A program made the translations under genes and the position numbers. Below are positions 1 through 13,457 of a DNA stretch of 64,000 nucleotides, one piece after another (positions within the stretch are counted from its first letter, which is position 1; each line of letters starts with the position of its first letter). The stretch is from contig JAQGDQ010000074.1 of NCBI GenBank assembly GCA_030141605.1, forward strand, positions 124,001 through 188,000, in the 5' to 3' direction. The notes under the pieces were generated by a model that had not been told where the DNA came from, did not search any database, and saw nothing but the letters and a program-made list of their open reading frames with translations. The stretch is from Tubiluchus corallicola (Eukaryota > Animalia > Priapulida).

Positions 1-1536
1 AAATTATAACTTACAAGACACTCAAGTGGACACGGAGCGTCCGTTAAATGATGCAAGACTTGCAATCTTGCATTAAAAAGGCAAGAAACCGCGTCGCGCT
101 ACAATCGTATGCAAGTCACATGTGGTTAAAATTTCTCGTCTTGTAATTTATAGCTTAATGAACGAAGCCTGTTGACGCCTTCCGGTAAATAAACCAAAAA
201 TACATGTAGCAAGTCATTTATAATGGCATTTTCATATAAATGCTAACATGGAATGCAGGCGTCGTGCATGCAAAGCGATTAATATAACCGAAGAAGGGAA
301 CAAAACTATTAAACGTTTACGAAAAAAATTGTAATTGAAAAACATCAATACTTTTTGTCGATACTGGAAATACCTTTTTCACACTAAAGATACCACAGTG
401 AGCCAGACAAGCAATGAGTCAAATTGTCGACTCACCCCGCTAATAGCATAAAGAGAGCCTCTAAAGGATATAAAAGCCATTGATAATGGCATTATCGTGT
501 CTTTTTTATTTGTTTTATGTTTATGTAACCGTAGGCTGTTGCCTAAATGGCAGCGGATGCAAATGAAATCGTTATTATACAAGATTTTATTCAGGAGACG
601 GTTGATAGAATTCTATATAGATTTGCATAGGTTAGCCCATGAGTGAAGCTCTCTTGAGGGCAGCGTTAAGACCTGTAGATCAAATGTAAGTATATGATGT
701 AGAATCCTCACACAAAAGCCACGCTGTGCTTTTTTAACAGGCACTCCATTTCGTTGACACTTTTTCTTTAATCTTAACTTAACTTAATATACGATCAGCA
801 TGCATGTTAAGTGCCATAGGAATCTTTAATATATTGCGGTTCTATACACAGCAATATTTAAATACGAATTCGTAATTCGCACAAATTGAAATTGTCGTTT
901 GCGGATATTTCTATACCAAATTGACATTTTGGTGATCTTTGACAATTTGGTCATATCGCTGGTTTGTTGTAGACACGAATTTCAATTTTTTACGGAATCA
1001 ATGGCCAAAGAGGTTCACTTTTCTATCTTAGTTCAATAATTAGGACTAATTACAGACGCACGTATGGTAATTCGTCCATATCAGGGAAAAAAGATGCGCC
1101 AAAATTAAAAAAACATTGTGTAACAACAATAACAAAAATTTTTGCTGCTTCAGAGATTTTCTTCACACCGCAACTAAAAAGCTGGAATCAAGATCTAACG
1201 CCTATTATACTATTTTTAGCCTTGTCTTTTGCCACAACTGTAGCCTGTTAGCAATTAATGTTAATGACAGCATAAAGATGAATAAAAGCGGCAGACATGG
1301 TCGCGTCCCGGCTTTAAAGATAGACTGATTTTACGATTTTATGCAACATAAAACTAGTTGTAAGCTTGTCAGTAGTCCACGAAGAAATTAGTTAATGAGT
1401 CAAGTCTGATGAATCATTCTCATGAGGAAAAGCTTGTGGAGTTGTACTACCGACAGACTCAGCAGAAAACTGCGATACACGATACGTAAATGCTGTAATG
1501 ACATAATAATAATGATGAAGATGATGAGATCAATAT

Positions 1537-1579
<43 letters not shown>

Positions 1580-1655
1580 CGATGATGATGATGATTATGA
1601 TGATGATGATGATGATAATAATAATGATAAAGATAACGATGATGATGATGATGAT
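1537..1655 (+). repeat. (GAT)n microsatellite
   Basis: Visible directly; produces the spurious poly-D, poly-H and poly-M ORFs. Confidence 0.97.
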
Positions 1656-2039
1656 AAAAAGGAATCAAACTGATCTGCTTTTTGCTATTTTCGCCCGTTT
1701 AAAGTTACTGTTTCTCGCTATTCCACAGTACACGAGTTACGAATCTTTTTGGAAATATATGTATTTCGAATGATGTAATCTAGCAATGATGACGAATTTG
1801 TCGGTTAAAATTTGGCTTCTTCAACTAGGACCATAAAGTGATTTCAAAGGAATCATCTCCACTAGCTAAATTATACACATTACAATCAAGAGAAATTGCA
1901 GCAAGCAATACGATGTCACCAAATTAGGATCATTACTATGTAGCTCATTTGTCCAGAAAGTCCAAAATATCACTTTAGATTGCCAGTGGAAGTTTTGATG
2001 GAACGATAAATATTTTTTCCAAGAACAGCGTGGTATACG

Positions 2040-2143
2040 TTGCAGCGGTCAATATAGAAAAGAAAATAATGGTAACTTTAGCAACATTAATTTGCAGTGG
2101 TCGTTATTGAAACGAAAATCATGGAAACTTTAGCTACATTGAT
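2040..2143 (+). repeat. Two diverged tandem copies of a ~52-bp unit
   Basis: TTGCAGCGGTCAATATAGAAAAGAAAATAATGGTAACTTTAGCAACATTAAT versus TTGCAGTGGTCGTTATTGAAACGAAAATCATGGAAACTTTAGCTACATTGAT. Confidence 0.8.
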
Positions 2144-2960
2144 GTGACGTCTGCAGACATTGGTTTCAGTTTTAGCGGAATTAGAGACGAGCAACAACAT
2201 CATTTTTGTTCCCATTCTGGCACTTTTACGGCTTTGCGCCGCATATGGATGTGTATAAATTTGCGGCTTTGAAGTAACCTGTCCTGTAAATTTCAGCCCG
2301 TGAAGTATCCCTAAACAATATCATGAACTACGCTCCGTAAAGAAAATAAGCAAAAAGCAATGCGATGCAGTTATCCTAGGCTCTTTTAGCTAATGTTTTC
2401 GCTGTTTTGGTAAACATGCCATGGTCGATATATGGAGAGGTGTACATCGATATGGATCACTTAGTGTCGCTGACACAGAGCTGTAGAACTAGCAAAGGGA
2501 AGCTAAACAGATAAATTAAGCGGAGAAGAGCAATATAATTCTCACCACGTGAAACCTCGCGCGTCTGTCATCCATCTCGCGGTTGTGGTCCGAATTCTTT
2601 TACCGAATTATTTTGGTCTCATTTTGCGCCTGGTGTAGAAGCATTTCAGGCCATTTTACAGCGAATTCAATAGAAGATGGAAGGAATTGGAAACATGCGT
2701 TTGATGGCGAGCAGCGATAAATGATACTTCGTTTCTGCCTGCTTCTTTTAAACAGAATCCACGTATAGGATTGGCTTCCTTTGTGTGGGCGATTTTGTTA
2801 TTATTTTTACAAGAATGTGCACATTATCCGGTTGCTCAATAATTAACCTGAATGCTTCTGTCATTCTGTCGATTATGTCTTGTCTTTGTTGTATGACATT
2901 TTAAATTTGGAAGTAAACGCGGTTATATCATGCTCAAGTGTATAAAGTTTCATCTCGTGC

Positions 2961-4156
2961 ACGGTAAAAATGGCCTAGGAAAAATGGCGCAGAAAAAAGG
3001 GCACAAACGGAAAAATTGGAAAAAGTGGCACACTTATAAAATATGAGTTTAGGGTTATTGTTACTGTGGGCATTATTATTTTAGTTATTGTTATCAATGC
3101 CAAGGAAGTTATGCTTCTTAGCTGCTTGTTGTGTTATATTTAGCAGTATAAGCCTATTACGTAAAAACCACTTGAAAACAAATTCCATGAAACTTTGTGG
3201 AGAATGTGGGCAGGGGATAAGAATGATGCATTTAACGCAGATTCCTGGACAGGGCTGTGTCAGGACAGGGGGAGGGCTGTGAAAACACTCAAATGGACAT
3301 TTTTATTTTGCCCGTTTTTCACAAAACTTGATCGAAGACCACGTGCAAAAAACATTAGTGAAGCACTTCTTGGAGGTGTCAGGGTGTAGAGTGTAATAGT
3401 TTTTGAAAGAGTAGGACTTTTCTACAAGACAGGGCAATTCGTTTTTTTTTATCTCCGCCAAAGCAAGATTTGTCAACGATGCCAACTGCAGAACCTAACA
3501 CAATGGACTCACTGGAAAACATCTATCACCATTAGCGCTTATAGTCCTTAGCCTAAACTGAGCCTAAAGTGTAATTCGTAGATACATTCTTAGATTCTGG
3601 ACCAGACTAGGTACATACCTCGATCTTATAATCAAGTCTGTTCATGCACTTAACACTACTTTTCGAGAAGTCATTCTCAGAATGGTATCGAACCCAAAGA
3701 CTGGAAACTGTCTAGGATCAGCCCAATCCACGAAAAAGGACCAAGGAGATTATCTGTAAACTATAGACCTATTGCTTTTACTAGTGTTAATTGCAAAGTC
3801 TTAAAGAAAGTTCTTTTAAACAAAGTTGTGCAATATGTAGAAGCTCTGCAATTAAAAAGTGCATCACAGCATATAGATTATTAAAGAGTAGGCTCATCAC
3901 TAGCAAGCTACTGATTTTTTCAATTAGTTTTCTCGAAGCTCGACCAAGGTATACTGATTTGGTATGTCTGGACCTCGCGAAAGCTTATGGCAAACTCTGC
4001 TTTTTGTATGTTTGCCTGTTTAACTTTGTTTTCTGTTTCTTTTTATCAAAAGAATCAAACGAACATGTTTATGGTTTTTCTACCTTGGCAGAGACCTGTT
4101 TCTAATGCCATTTCTTCCTGTGCCACTTTTACCTGTGTCATTTTACCTACATTCTT
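2961..4156. mobile_element. Non-autonomous DNA transposon/MITE with inverted subterminal repeat arrays, interrupted by the CR1 fragment
   Basis: Left end has repeated GG(T/A)AAAA(A)TGGC(A)C units (2963-3031). Right end has complementary TGCCA(T/C)TTT(T)ACC units (4107-4150). Confidence 0.6.
3596..3990 (+). mobile_element. Decayed CR1/L2-type LINE RT fragment
   Basis: Frameshifted peptides SGPD, LTLLFEKSF, PKDWKLSRISPIHEKG..NYRPIAFTSVNCKVL and DLVCLDLAKAY match the N-terminal RT motifs. Confidence 0.85.
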
Positions 4157-7100
4157 TTCGTCTGCTAAACTTTTTTTGCATTGTTGTAAATTTTTATAAA
4201 AGGCAGTAAAACTGGGCTTATAGGCAAGTAAATTGGTATTTAAAATTTTCATTTTGTTCCTACTCGCTCTGTAAACATTTTCGTTATGTTATGGATATAG
4301 GGTCGGTTTACAGATATTTCGTTATGACCCCGATGAGCAATTTATAATAGGCTACTAAATTTGATTGTGATGAATAATACCACGGTCGGGCGCGTGAATT
4401 CTTGAAAGAAATCTTGTGAGCATTTAAGGCTATCTTTTTTCCTTCTTCATTTGATTAAATTCTTGGATTTATTTAAAGTAATTTTGGCTTATTCTAATTC
4501 TATTTCAGTCACGTACTCGATGTTGTTCAAAAGTTTTGTGCTGATTGACTAGATGTACGCCTGTTTTCCTCAAAACGCCAGCAGTTTGAGGAAGCGAATG
4601 TATGGATAAGCAAAGCATCAGAAGATGTAAATCCCTGAAGTTTGCGAAATATCGGTTTTACCATTACATCTGCAAAAAATTAATAATTTCCAACATAAAA
4701 TATCTGTGTCGTTCAGCTTTTTTCACATTTATTCATATCTAATTAGTCTGTCGTTTATCAAGCTATTTTAATTCATTCGCAACCTTTTAGCTCATTTATT
4801 TAAATAGAATCTTCATCTAGTACAATAATGAGGTTCCCATGATTATTATTGCGTATGTTATATTATCCCAAATGATCTCGTTTTTAAGGAATTCATGCTA
4901 AGTTTACAGGTGAATTTCACTTGGGTATCCATTCTACATTTTCCTGTTTCAATCTTTGCCACTACATCAGTCGTGACGTCACGCCAGATTCCTTAATTTG
5001 TTTGCGCTTTTGTTAGCCAAGTTTGGCTTGCATATAAACTCGTAACAGCAATTGCGCACTAACAAGCGGCTAATTTTCGGCCGATGAAGACCGAGAGAGA
5101 GAGAGAGAGAGCCGTTTCTGCTGGCCCGCGCAGACGTAAGATGCAGCGATAAAAAGATGTCTGTAAGATAAGGAGGTTTGCCTATACCTGTACCTGTTCG
5201 CATAAAAGAAGACGGGGACGAATGGTGGTCTTATCTTCGCGCCTTTAGTCAGTAGACAATCAGGTAGCACATACTGATGAAGGAACTCATTTGTGGACAG
5301 AAATAGAAACAAAAAATTACACAATATGCTGGCACGAGGGACCAATTACAGATGTTCAGATGAGACGATGTGAGCAAGGGGCCTGAGGCACTGAGGGATA
5401 TTACTGGTTTATCTTCTGTCATCGACGGCATTCTATCCATTAAAGATTGCACCTTTACGCAAGGTACTTGTACAGCTGCTCAGCGTGGTCGACAAAGTAG
5501 CTTAAGCTTAATCCATTCCTGTTCAACTTTGAAGGTGAATGTTGAGCTTAAAGTCTTTCTTTCAGCATAGTATTTCTGAGAGGTACATAAGTTTTGTAGT
5601 GCCACTTTTGAATAGGTAAAGGTACTTATGGGTTTCTAATCCCATTCCCATCGCACTGTTACTACAGTCTGCCGAATCTTGGTTGTATTTAGCTGTTAAA
5701 TTTGCGTCCAAAGCAAGCAAAGTTTTGGAAAATTAGGTCCACTAAAATCACCAATCGACTGAAACTAGCTGCGATGCAGATCGACTTCATTTTGCAACGC
5801 GCATGAAAGGAAAGTTGATTGAGAGCAATGATGCAATTAGACTTTGAAGTAGAAATGCGTGTTTCCAGATTGGCCAAAAGCCATCAATTGCAATTTCGTT
5901 TGAAGTGGTGCTGATCCTTGCAGCAGCTACGCACTTGCAACTTTTGAAGACCTTCCATGTGTAACATTTAGTTAAGTTCTTGTAACACACTTCTGGACGT
6001 GTTTTATTGATGTAATGCACGCTATGAGGTGATTAATTTCTAATGTTTGATGTTTGTGAATTTTCAACAGAAAGTGGTACATGGCATGCTGCATGTACAC
6101 AGGCTTTTACATATTGAACTGAAAGAGAGCAGTTACTTACATTATTATTTTCACATCTACGCATTTGGGCTTAAGCACATTATGACTCGTTTGGTGAAGC
6201 GCTGATCCAGCTTATTAGTGCTCCCTGCCACGCAGATGTATACGCTGCCTCTGTTTAATTGATATTGATAAATGGAAAACTATTGAGACCCAGTACAACC
6301 CGAACCGATTCTGTCTGACGTTTCCAACTAAACCACAGTCCTTGGAGTCAATACATGTTGGGATTTGTTTTGTGAGATAACAGGAGACGGCTTATTATCT
6401 GGAGCTGTGGCTGATTACTTGGATCCGTAATGCTCTTATGTTTTTGTGTGGATCATCATGTCTTTGCTGTCGCTGCATAGGTTCTCGGGAATATTTTGAA
6501 ACCGAAAGTTGAATAGAAGAGGAGTGGCTGCTTGCCAGTTTACTTCTATTTTACAGGAAAGATATTAGTTATTAGTAAAGATTGTAATTGTGATAAAATG
6601 TTGAGTAGCAGACTAGCAAAGTGTAGAAACTTATGGGTCTTGAATCGGTTTACAAAAGCAGACTGAGTAAAGCATTGTAGTATTCCATACTTGTAAGCGG
6701 CCTCAAACCATTATTTGGTAGCTCAAAAAAAAATCATTCCTAAACAAAAACGAGCCTGCTATTCATCCGAAGCATTAAATTCCAACATTGAATCATTATA
6801 TAGATTGTAGTTGCAATATTCATGTCAAAAGTTTAATCTACACTTACTAAAACGAATCTACGCGCAGTTAATGAGTTCTTTTCGATCGCACCTAATTTTG
6901 ATTAATTACTATTAACCAATTAAATTAACAATGTACTAATAATATCACTGTGACTATGTAATCTTATTCACACTTTACTACAACACATCTTCCTTGCTAT
7001 TACTACTGCTGTAGTTGGTGATAATTGAATTTGCATATCAGCTGCTGTAATACTTACTGATATAGTAGCATCAGTGCTAGAATCTTCTTGTTTTGAGAGC

Positions 7101-7368
7101 CGTGGGGAATTATGACGTGACTCGATTACGCTGTCAGTGCTGAATGGCGTTGTATTTGTACAGCGGAGTGTAGATATCAATTATCGAAATTAAATTACGT
7201 CAGACCATCGGGCAGAATTTGACATGTCATTGCTTTGTATAACAAATTCTGGATAGATCTGCTTGCCTGATCAGATTACAAGTTTAAAGTCTCTCGATTT
7301 TTGTATATTTAGTGGATTGGTGGATTTATGTTAGCAGTAAATTTATGCAAATTCGTTTCCTTTTTCAG

Positions 7369-7516
7369 ATTGCAGTTTTCCATTAGAATGGAGTGGAAGT
7401 TGGTTCCAAAATGGCGTCGGAACGGTGACGGTCAGTCGAATTGCCATAACGGTTAAGGGAAGGTTAGAAGGCAACTGTACACATAGCAACAGAGACAAAT
7501 ATTTGATAAAGGACAG
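7369..7516 (+). CDS. Gene A coding exon (first one located): xCSFPLEWSGSWFQNGVGTVTVSRIAITVKGRLEGNCTHSNRDKYLIKD; Cys-rich DUF7044/7042/7043-like surface protein
   Basis: Acceptor tttcctttttcag, donor gtaatt; 148 nt open, phase 1 in and phase 2 out. The C-x-F-P-x-x-W-x-G-x-W motif recurs in exon 39823-40036. Family name is from memory, not a search. Confidence 0.88.
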
Positions 7517-10500
7517 GTAATTTTTTTATTAAACAACATCAGTGCGCAGTAAATAAGTATTGTAATATAGACCAACGGACATACAGGTCCCATCTGGTAA
7601 ATATGTTCATTTCGTTCCTTGGACATATTAGTTGTAGAAGTTGCTATAACGTTCATCCTAGATGATAATCTTTTTCAAAGGGAGGATTAGTTTGATGTCA
7701 CAGTGATTACGACAATTTGTTTGAAATGCTCGAACAAGAAAGTGAGATTTCATGCTTTTTAACTTTATTTTATCTGCCAAGGAGAATCTGAGAAAAAATA
7801 TTATACATGTACGGTTTCGTTTGTTTGGGCTGTGTGTTTGGCATTTTAAGTTAACTTGCACTGTGCGTTCATTTATACGGTTGAGTAATACCTCAATAAA
7901 CTGTATGAGAAACTTAAAATTTAATGGACTTACTGACTTATTTAGCTTTCTGACGAAGCGTTTTATATCAGGAGAAGTACTTAATTTGTAGACCACTTTG
8001 CTCAATTGATAGCTTTCAAAATCTTACTCGACATTTGTGAACAGCAAGCTACAGCTCGCTGTTTTACTGTGTTTGTAGTACACCTAGATAGGCTGTAATT
8101 GTCATGCAATGTTAACTTCTTTTTATGATCGATAACATATTCAACCTACAGCTCCATTGTTTGCATCATCACTGCTTGCTTGCTCTAACGGTAGTCAATC
8201 AAATAAATGAAGCAACGTTTGAGTAACTTATAATGTCGGATAAAATGAAAAGACTATACCAATTTTGTCCAGAACGTTGAGTCTTCGAGTCGAGTTTGAA
8301 CATGATACGATTATACGATACTCACGATATCCAGAAAAAGCTGTTTTTTGGTGTAGCGTTTTCGGGTTTTCATCAGGCTGTCAGCGTAACTGAAGTGGCA
8401 AGTGAGTGGTCAGCTGACAATTTATAGCCAGTCATAAAAGCGCAATTAAATTACGAGATGTCATAAACTTCTACTGCGCTTACCAACAATGACAGCGATA
8501 TGGGGAATTAATGACACACAGGTGATCCATTATTGGAGACGATAAGGTGTGAATATGGCATGGGAAATATGCGGCTGCACTTGTCTTGCGAGTAATAATG
8601 GGAAAGGAGTTGTGAAATCTTTCATTGGCGGAGTGATTTCCGTAATGGGGCTCGTGAGAATAAATTTTCAGTGGCAAACCTAGAACAAAGTCCAGTTGGA
8701 TTGTTGGTAATGTTTCGTGTGCTATCAAAAATGTAAATGGAAATGTCAGATTTTTTATTAATTGAATTAGAAAGAAAATATTGTTGTGGCTATTTAACAC
8801 AACGTTTCAGAAGATTGCAAGAGCAATTAATAGTATCTTGCAAGCACAAATCTGGTGAAATTTTCAACTAAGCCAGTGACTGTTTCACATTTACTGGCAT
8901 CATGTGCAGATCTTAAGAAACAATAGGCAGCCAATCTTTAAGCTACTTATACAGGAGATCAAGAGCAGGAGCACTTCCAAAATTGATCAAAGTCACCGAA
9001 TGCAACTTAAATAAATCAAAAGCAAAAACACTTGTCATATTATTCAAGTATGCCTATAATAATTATTTAGTTTATTAATTATGAGATTTTGTCTGACATA
9101 TTGTTTTTGTCTCTTTCAAACATCTTTTTAATGCCTCTCCACTGATCTTAACTTTCATGTTTGTGGAAAATTTGATTCAATAGCAGAATACTAAGCACTC
9201 AGATCATTTCTTTTTGTGTTGCCACGTAAGTCACGGTGCATTCAATTTGGATGCTTTGATCGGCATGAATCACGATTTTGTGTCTTTTGTCACACCACAA
9301 ACGAAGCTTTTAATATTTCACACTAGCTCTTTTGACGGACACGAAGGAGGATATAGAGATGTATGCTTTATGTCTAACAATGATATAGGTTTGAAATCAC
9401 ATCGTTCAAAACTGCATCATAACGATGACGAATAAACTTGAAATTTTAAAATTTTTGACCTCAAAACAAAACGAAATGAATAAAAAAATCGAGAGTGAGT
9501 TTATAATAGTCACATTAGAGATAGAGAAATTATGTAATCAGATCATAGCATAATACTATAATTTCGTGTTTTTATGAGTTGTCATCATAAACTACAGTGT
9601 CGATTATATAAAATTCTTTTTGTCAGTTGTGTTCGTGTTTGTTAACTTTTATAATGTCAATGTCAATATACGGCTTTGCTGAAAGATTTCAAGTTTCTTG
9701 AATTTTATTTTCAAGCTGGAAACAAACCTAATTGTTGTTGAATGTTTTATGTGGTTCGGTTTTGTATGATCCTATTGCTGCTTGTATGTATATTGGAAAG
9801 TATAGAAGCCATTGACGTTGATGCTAGCAGTAAAACTAATAAACGTGCACGCAAGTACTAATTGGAGGTTGGAACTCAACTGCTTTTTCGCGTGCATCTG
9901 TTGACATGGCGGTTATATTATTTTGATAATTGCCATGGGAAAACTGGAGAGAAGTATTGCACTGGTTTTGATATTGTTTTGAAAATTTAACACAACGCTG
10001 GATATTGCCTCTTTAATGACAGCAATAGAGCGATGAAACGATGAAATATTTAATAATGAAGATCTGTTGCTTTTAGTTTTGGTTTTAATGTTTGAAATTG
10101 ACGTGCTTTATAAGTTGGCTTATCAGGTAATTTAAAGTAATTTGTTGATCAGTTTAAACAAGCCTTGTAAGCTTAAAATCATCTTTCCAAAAAAACAAAA
10201 GTTGGCACCTCTCTGACTTCTGCATCTTCTATATGAAGGTTTCAAGCTTATGGTGTCATACGATGTCACCATACGATGCCTTGGTTGTCTGTGTACTGAT
10301 TAGTAATGCTCGAGTTGGCAAACAAATAGCCGAAAGTTGAGTTTTCATCTTCATGTTCATTACTGAGGGCACTTTAAGGTAAAAAAGCTCAACAGTTTTG
10401 GTGATCTTGTGATTGAGACCTTTAACCTCTATATTTACCATCAGGCCGAAGCCTGAGCCGTTTTCTGCATACTATTACTAATGAATGAATAAAAAAGAGA

Positions 10501-11551
10501 CAGACAATTACAGATACCGATACGGAAATAGATCTTGCACACTTTTCAGATTTGCAAATACATGGCATATCACCATGCTTTGGCAAGTGTGACAATATAC
10601 TCAAAGTACATCTGTATTTGCAAGTCTGCTCTGGCCACATATTGCTTGACTGATTGTCTGTCTATGGCCCACGAAAGACAACACTTCAATCATGTGTGTG
10701 CAAACTTTAGCATAATGCATCCATGTTTGGACATAGTTCCTATTGGCGTCTTGCATGTTTTCGAAGCAGTTTCTGAAATGGAAGGGTCGTGTTGTTATAA
10801 GTCGTCATGCCTGCTATTAATGTTACCCAGCCTTGCTTAAGTTGTTGTTCTTAGGAAGAGGCTGTTTTGTACATTGGATGCGGCTTTAAGATAGGAAAAT
10901 AAACTTTCATGATGCGGAACACACGCACCTTTTGTGATATGCTTATACAGTTAGTATTTGCATGTGTAAAGTCATGTTCCTGTGAAACAGATGAAAGGGT
11001 TATCATCATTGCCTATGTTTTATATATATATATATATACAGTAATTAGTGCAACCTTACCAAAAATACTTTGCATTTTCGGCTTATTTATTCACAAAATG
11101 GCTCCAAACTTACAGCTAGCTAAAAACTATAAGGTAATAAGATTACCTCACCTACGCAGTACTTAAAGTGATGCATATTTATCAAGGCATTCAACGAACA
11201 ACCTTCATATTTTCTGTCAAAGCTTGGTTTGTTCGGGATTGAATGCTGCTCGCTTAGAGAGATTGTCCTTTGAGAGATTTTAGAAGTTAATGCGATTCTG
11301 TGCACGTGTCAGCTGTTTTTCAACCAACTCCGTGCAGAAAAGGATGATCTAATTTTGCAGTTCTCGGCTAATTGCCACGTAAAATGTTGCTAGAATCTCC
11401 CAAGACCATTGCCTGGAACAATATTATTTCGTGTCCCATCTGATGCCCGGCATGCATGGGAAAGTAGCTTCTTTAGTATGAAATATATCCTTCATATTTT
11501 TGGCGTGAATCTCGTGAAGTAACGGGATTTTTTCAGCAATAAAGAATAAAA

Positions 11552-11890
11552 TAAGGTAAGGTAAGGTAATTAACGTAAGGTAAAGTAAAGTAAGGTAAGG
11601 TAAGGTAAGGTAAGGTAAGGTAAGGTAAGGTAGGGTAGGGTAGGGCAGGGCAGGGCAGGGCAGGGTAGGGTAGGGTAAGGTAAGGTAAGGTAAGGTAAGG
11701 TAAGGTAAGGTAAGGTAAGGTAAGGTAAGGTAAGGTAAGGTAAGGTAAGGTAAGGTAAGGTAAGGTAAGGTAAGGTGAGGTGAGGTAAGGTAAGGTAAGG
11801 TAAGGTAAGGTAAGGTAAGGTAAGGTAAAGTAAGATAAGGTAAGGTAAAGCAAATAAGCTAAGCTAAACTAAACTAAGCTAAGGCAAGGA
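11552..11890 (+). repeat. (TAAGG)n pentanucleotide microsatellite with TAGGG/CAGGG variants
   Basis: Visible directly; produces the spurious (YLTLP)n ORF. Confidence 0.97.
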
Positions 11891-12186
11891 ACGGTAAGCA
11901 AGGATACGATACCACACTATATAGTAAGCTTCATACAATATCAATCATTTATTTGACGACATAAAACTCTTTATCAACAATGCATATAAAAGAAACGAAA
12001 AACATATAAAATATAAACAAGAAATGCATATAAGAAACCACACAAATCACAAAGACGAAGTAATAGGCTGTTTGTTGCACTGAATATCTAGAGACAGCAT
12101 GCGTGCATTCAGTAAAGGGAAAAGTTATGAGTTAAAAGCGATGCCCTGATACCAAAATGAACGGCTGAGCTGATGTCTGTTATTTC

Positions 12187-12365
12187 GATGATGATGATCC
12201 TGATGATGGCGGTGATGGTGATGATGATGATGACAATGATGATGGTGACTATGGAGATATTGATGACAGTGTTGTGGATAGCCTCGAGCAGTGGTATCGC
12301 TGCACCACAGATGCGATGGGCGATAGTAATAGAGATAATGACATTGATAACAATGAAGATGAAGG
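12187..12365 (+). repeat. Degenerate (GAT/GGT)n low-complexity tract
   Basis: Visible directly. Confidence 0.85.
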
Positions 12366-13412
12366 CTATGCAAATTGTAAAATTGATGCTATTGCTACGT
12401 AGATGTTGACAATCGTTCTTGGAATTGGCTCTAAAAGTTCATTAAAGTTGAATCTTATGGCAGTTGTTGACAAAATTCTGATCGTAGTATTCAGTAGGTT
12501 TAATTGTTGCTCGAGAGGAGACAAAAAGCGAACCAATCTCTCTCTCTCTCTCTCTCTCGTGCCTCTTTGTTTCCTTTGTCCAGGGATTAGCCACCCAGTA
12601 ATAGGATTCCCGTTGAATATTTAATTTTGTGAATAGCGCAGAGGTACATGGCTTACTGGGTGGTTGTAGGTGGTGTTGACAAAATGTGCAGCCGAGTGAG
12701 TTAATGAGTATTTGGTTTGCCAAATGTATCGTGATATGAGTTAGAATAACGCACGCATAATGTTATGCGTCTATGGGTTTTATGGCGTGGTGTATCGCTG
12801 CTGTCCAGAATCAGAAGAGAAAAAGAGCCATTCACTTGTTTTGCAGCGGGGGGCCAAACGCTGGTTATATAGTTACTTCTAAACTAATTTAAGCAGCTAA
12901 CAGACAGAAACAGCATTTGCATTATAAGCTCTAAACTCCATAGGCACGATCACTTGTGTGACACAAACATGGGACAAGAAAATCTACTTTTGCTAATTAC
13001 AGTGGATTTGTATAGGCGTTGTAAATAGAACACCATGAATGACATCAACGATATACAGTACACATTAGTGACTGAATATAATCTCGCATTTTATGTCCAC
13101 GCTCAATGACTAATAATCTCAGAATCACAGCTCATGTTAAACCGATTATTTTTGAGTCACGAAAAATCTTATTTGGAAATGAGCTAAAACACTTGCACCA
13201 TTCTCAAAGAAGATTACTCATAACTTTTGCATCAGTAAGAGTACTGAATTGCAATTAAGTGTAATTTGATAACTTTCGCTTAGCGAGTTATCATAAACTT
13301 CATAACCACACCAACCACATAAGTAGTATAGCGCACTGCAAAGAAGTCTAACAGTATTACAGTAATATTTTAATTGCATAAGACAATACTCACACATATG
13401 TTGATTGTGACT

Positions 13413-13457
<45 letters not shown>

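Noticed and set aside
1360-1440. Hammerhead-like core CTGATGA...GAAA
   Set aside because: Stem II closing pair is mismatched, and stems I and III with a valid NUH site cannot be formed.
1422-1773. Poly-D, poly-H and poly-M ORFs
   Set aside because: Translations of a (GAT)n microsatellite, with no splice or homology support.
2678-2900. Signal-peptide-like frames (RIGLASFVWAILLLFLQ; MCTLSGC..VILSIMSCLC) as exon 1 of gene A
   Set aside because: The first has no in-frame ATG or donor. The second has only a weak T|GTATGA donor.
8340-8390. Minus-strand CTGATGA-AAACCC-GAAA minimal hammerhead
   Set aside because: No stem II pairing and no stem I or III complements nearby.
11533-11890. (YLTLP)n ORF or possible telomeric repeat
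   Set aside because: Microsatellite artefact. The unit is TAAGG, not telomeric TTAGG or TTAGGG.
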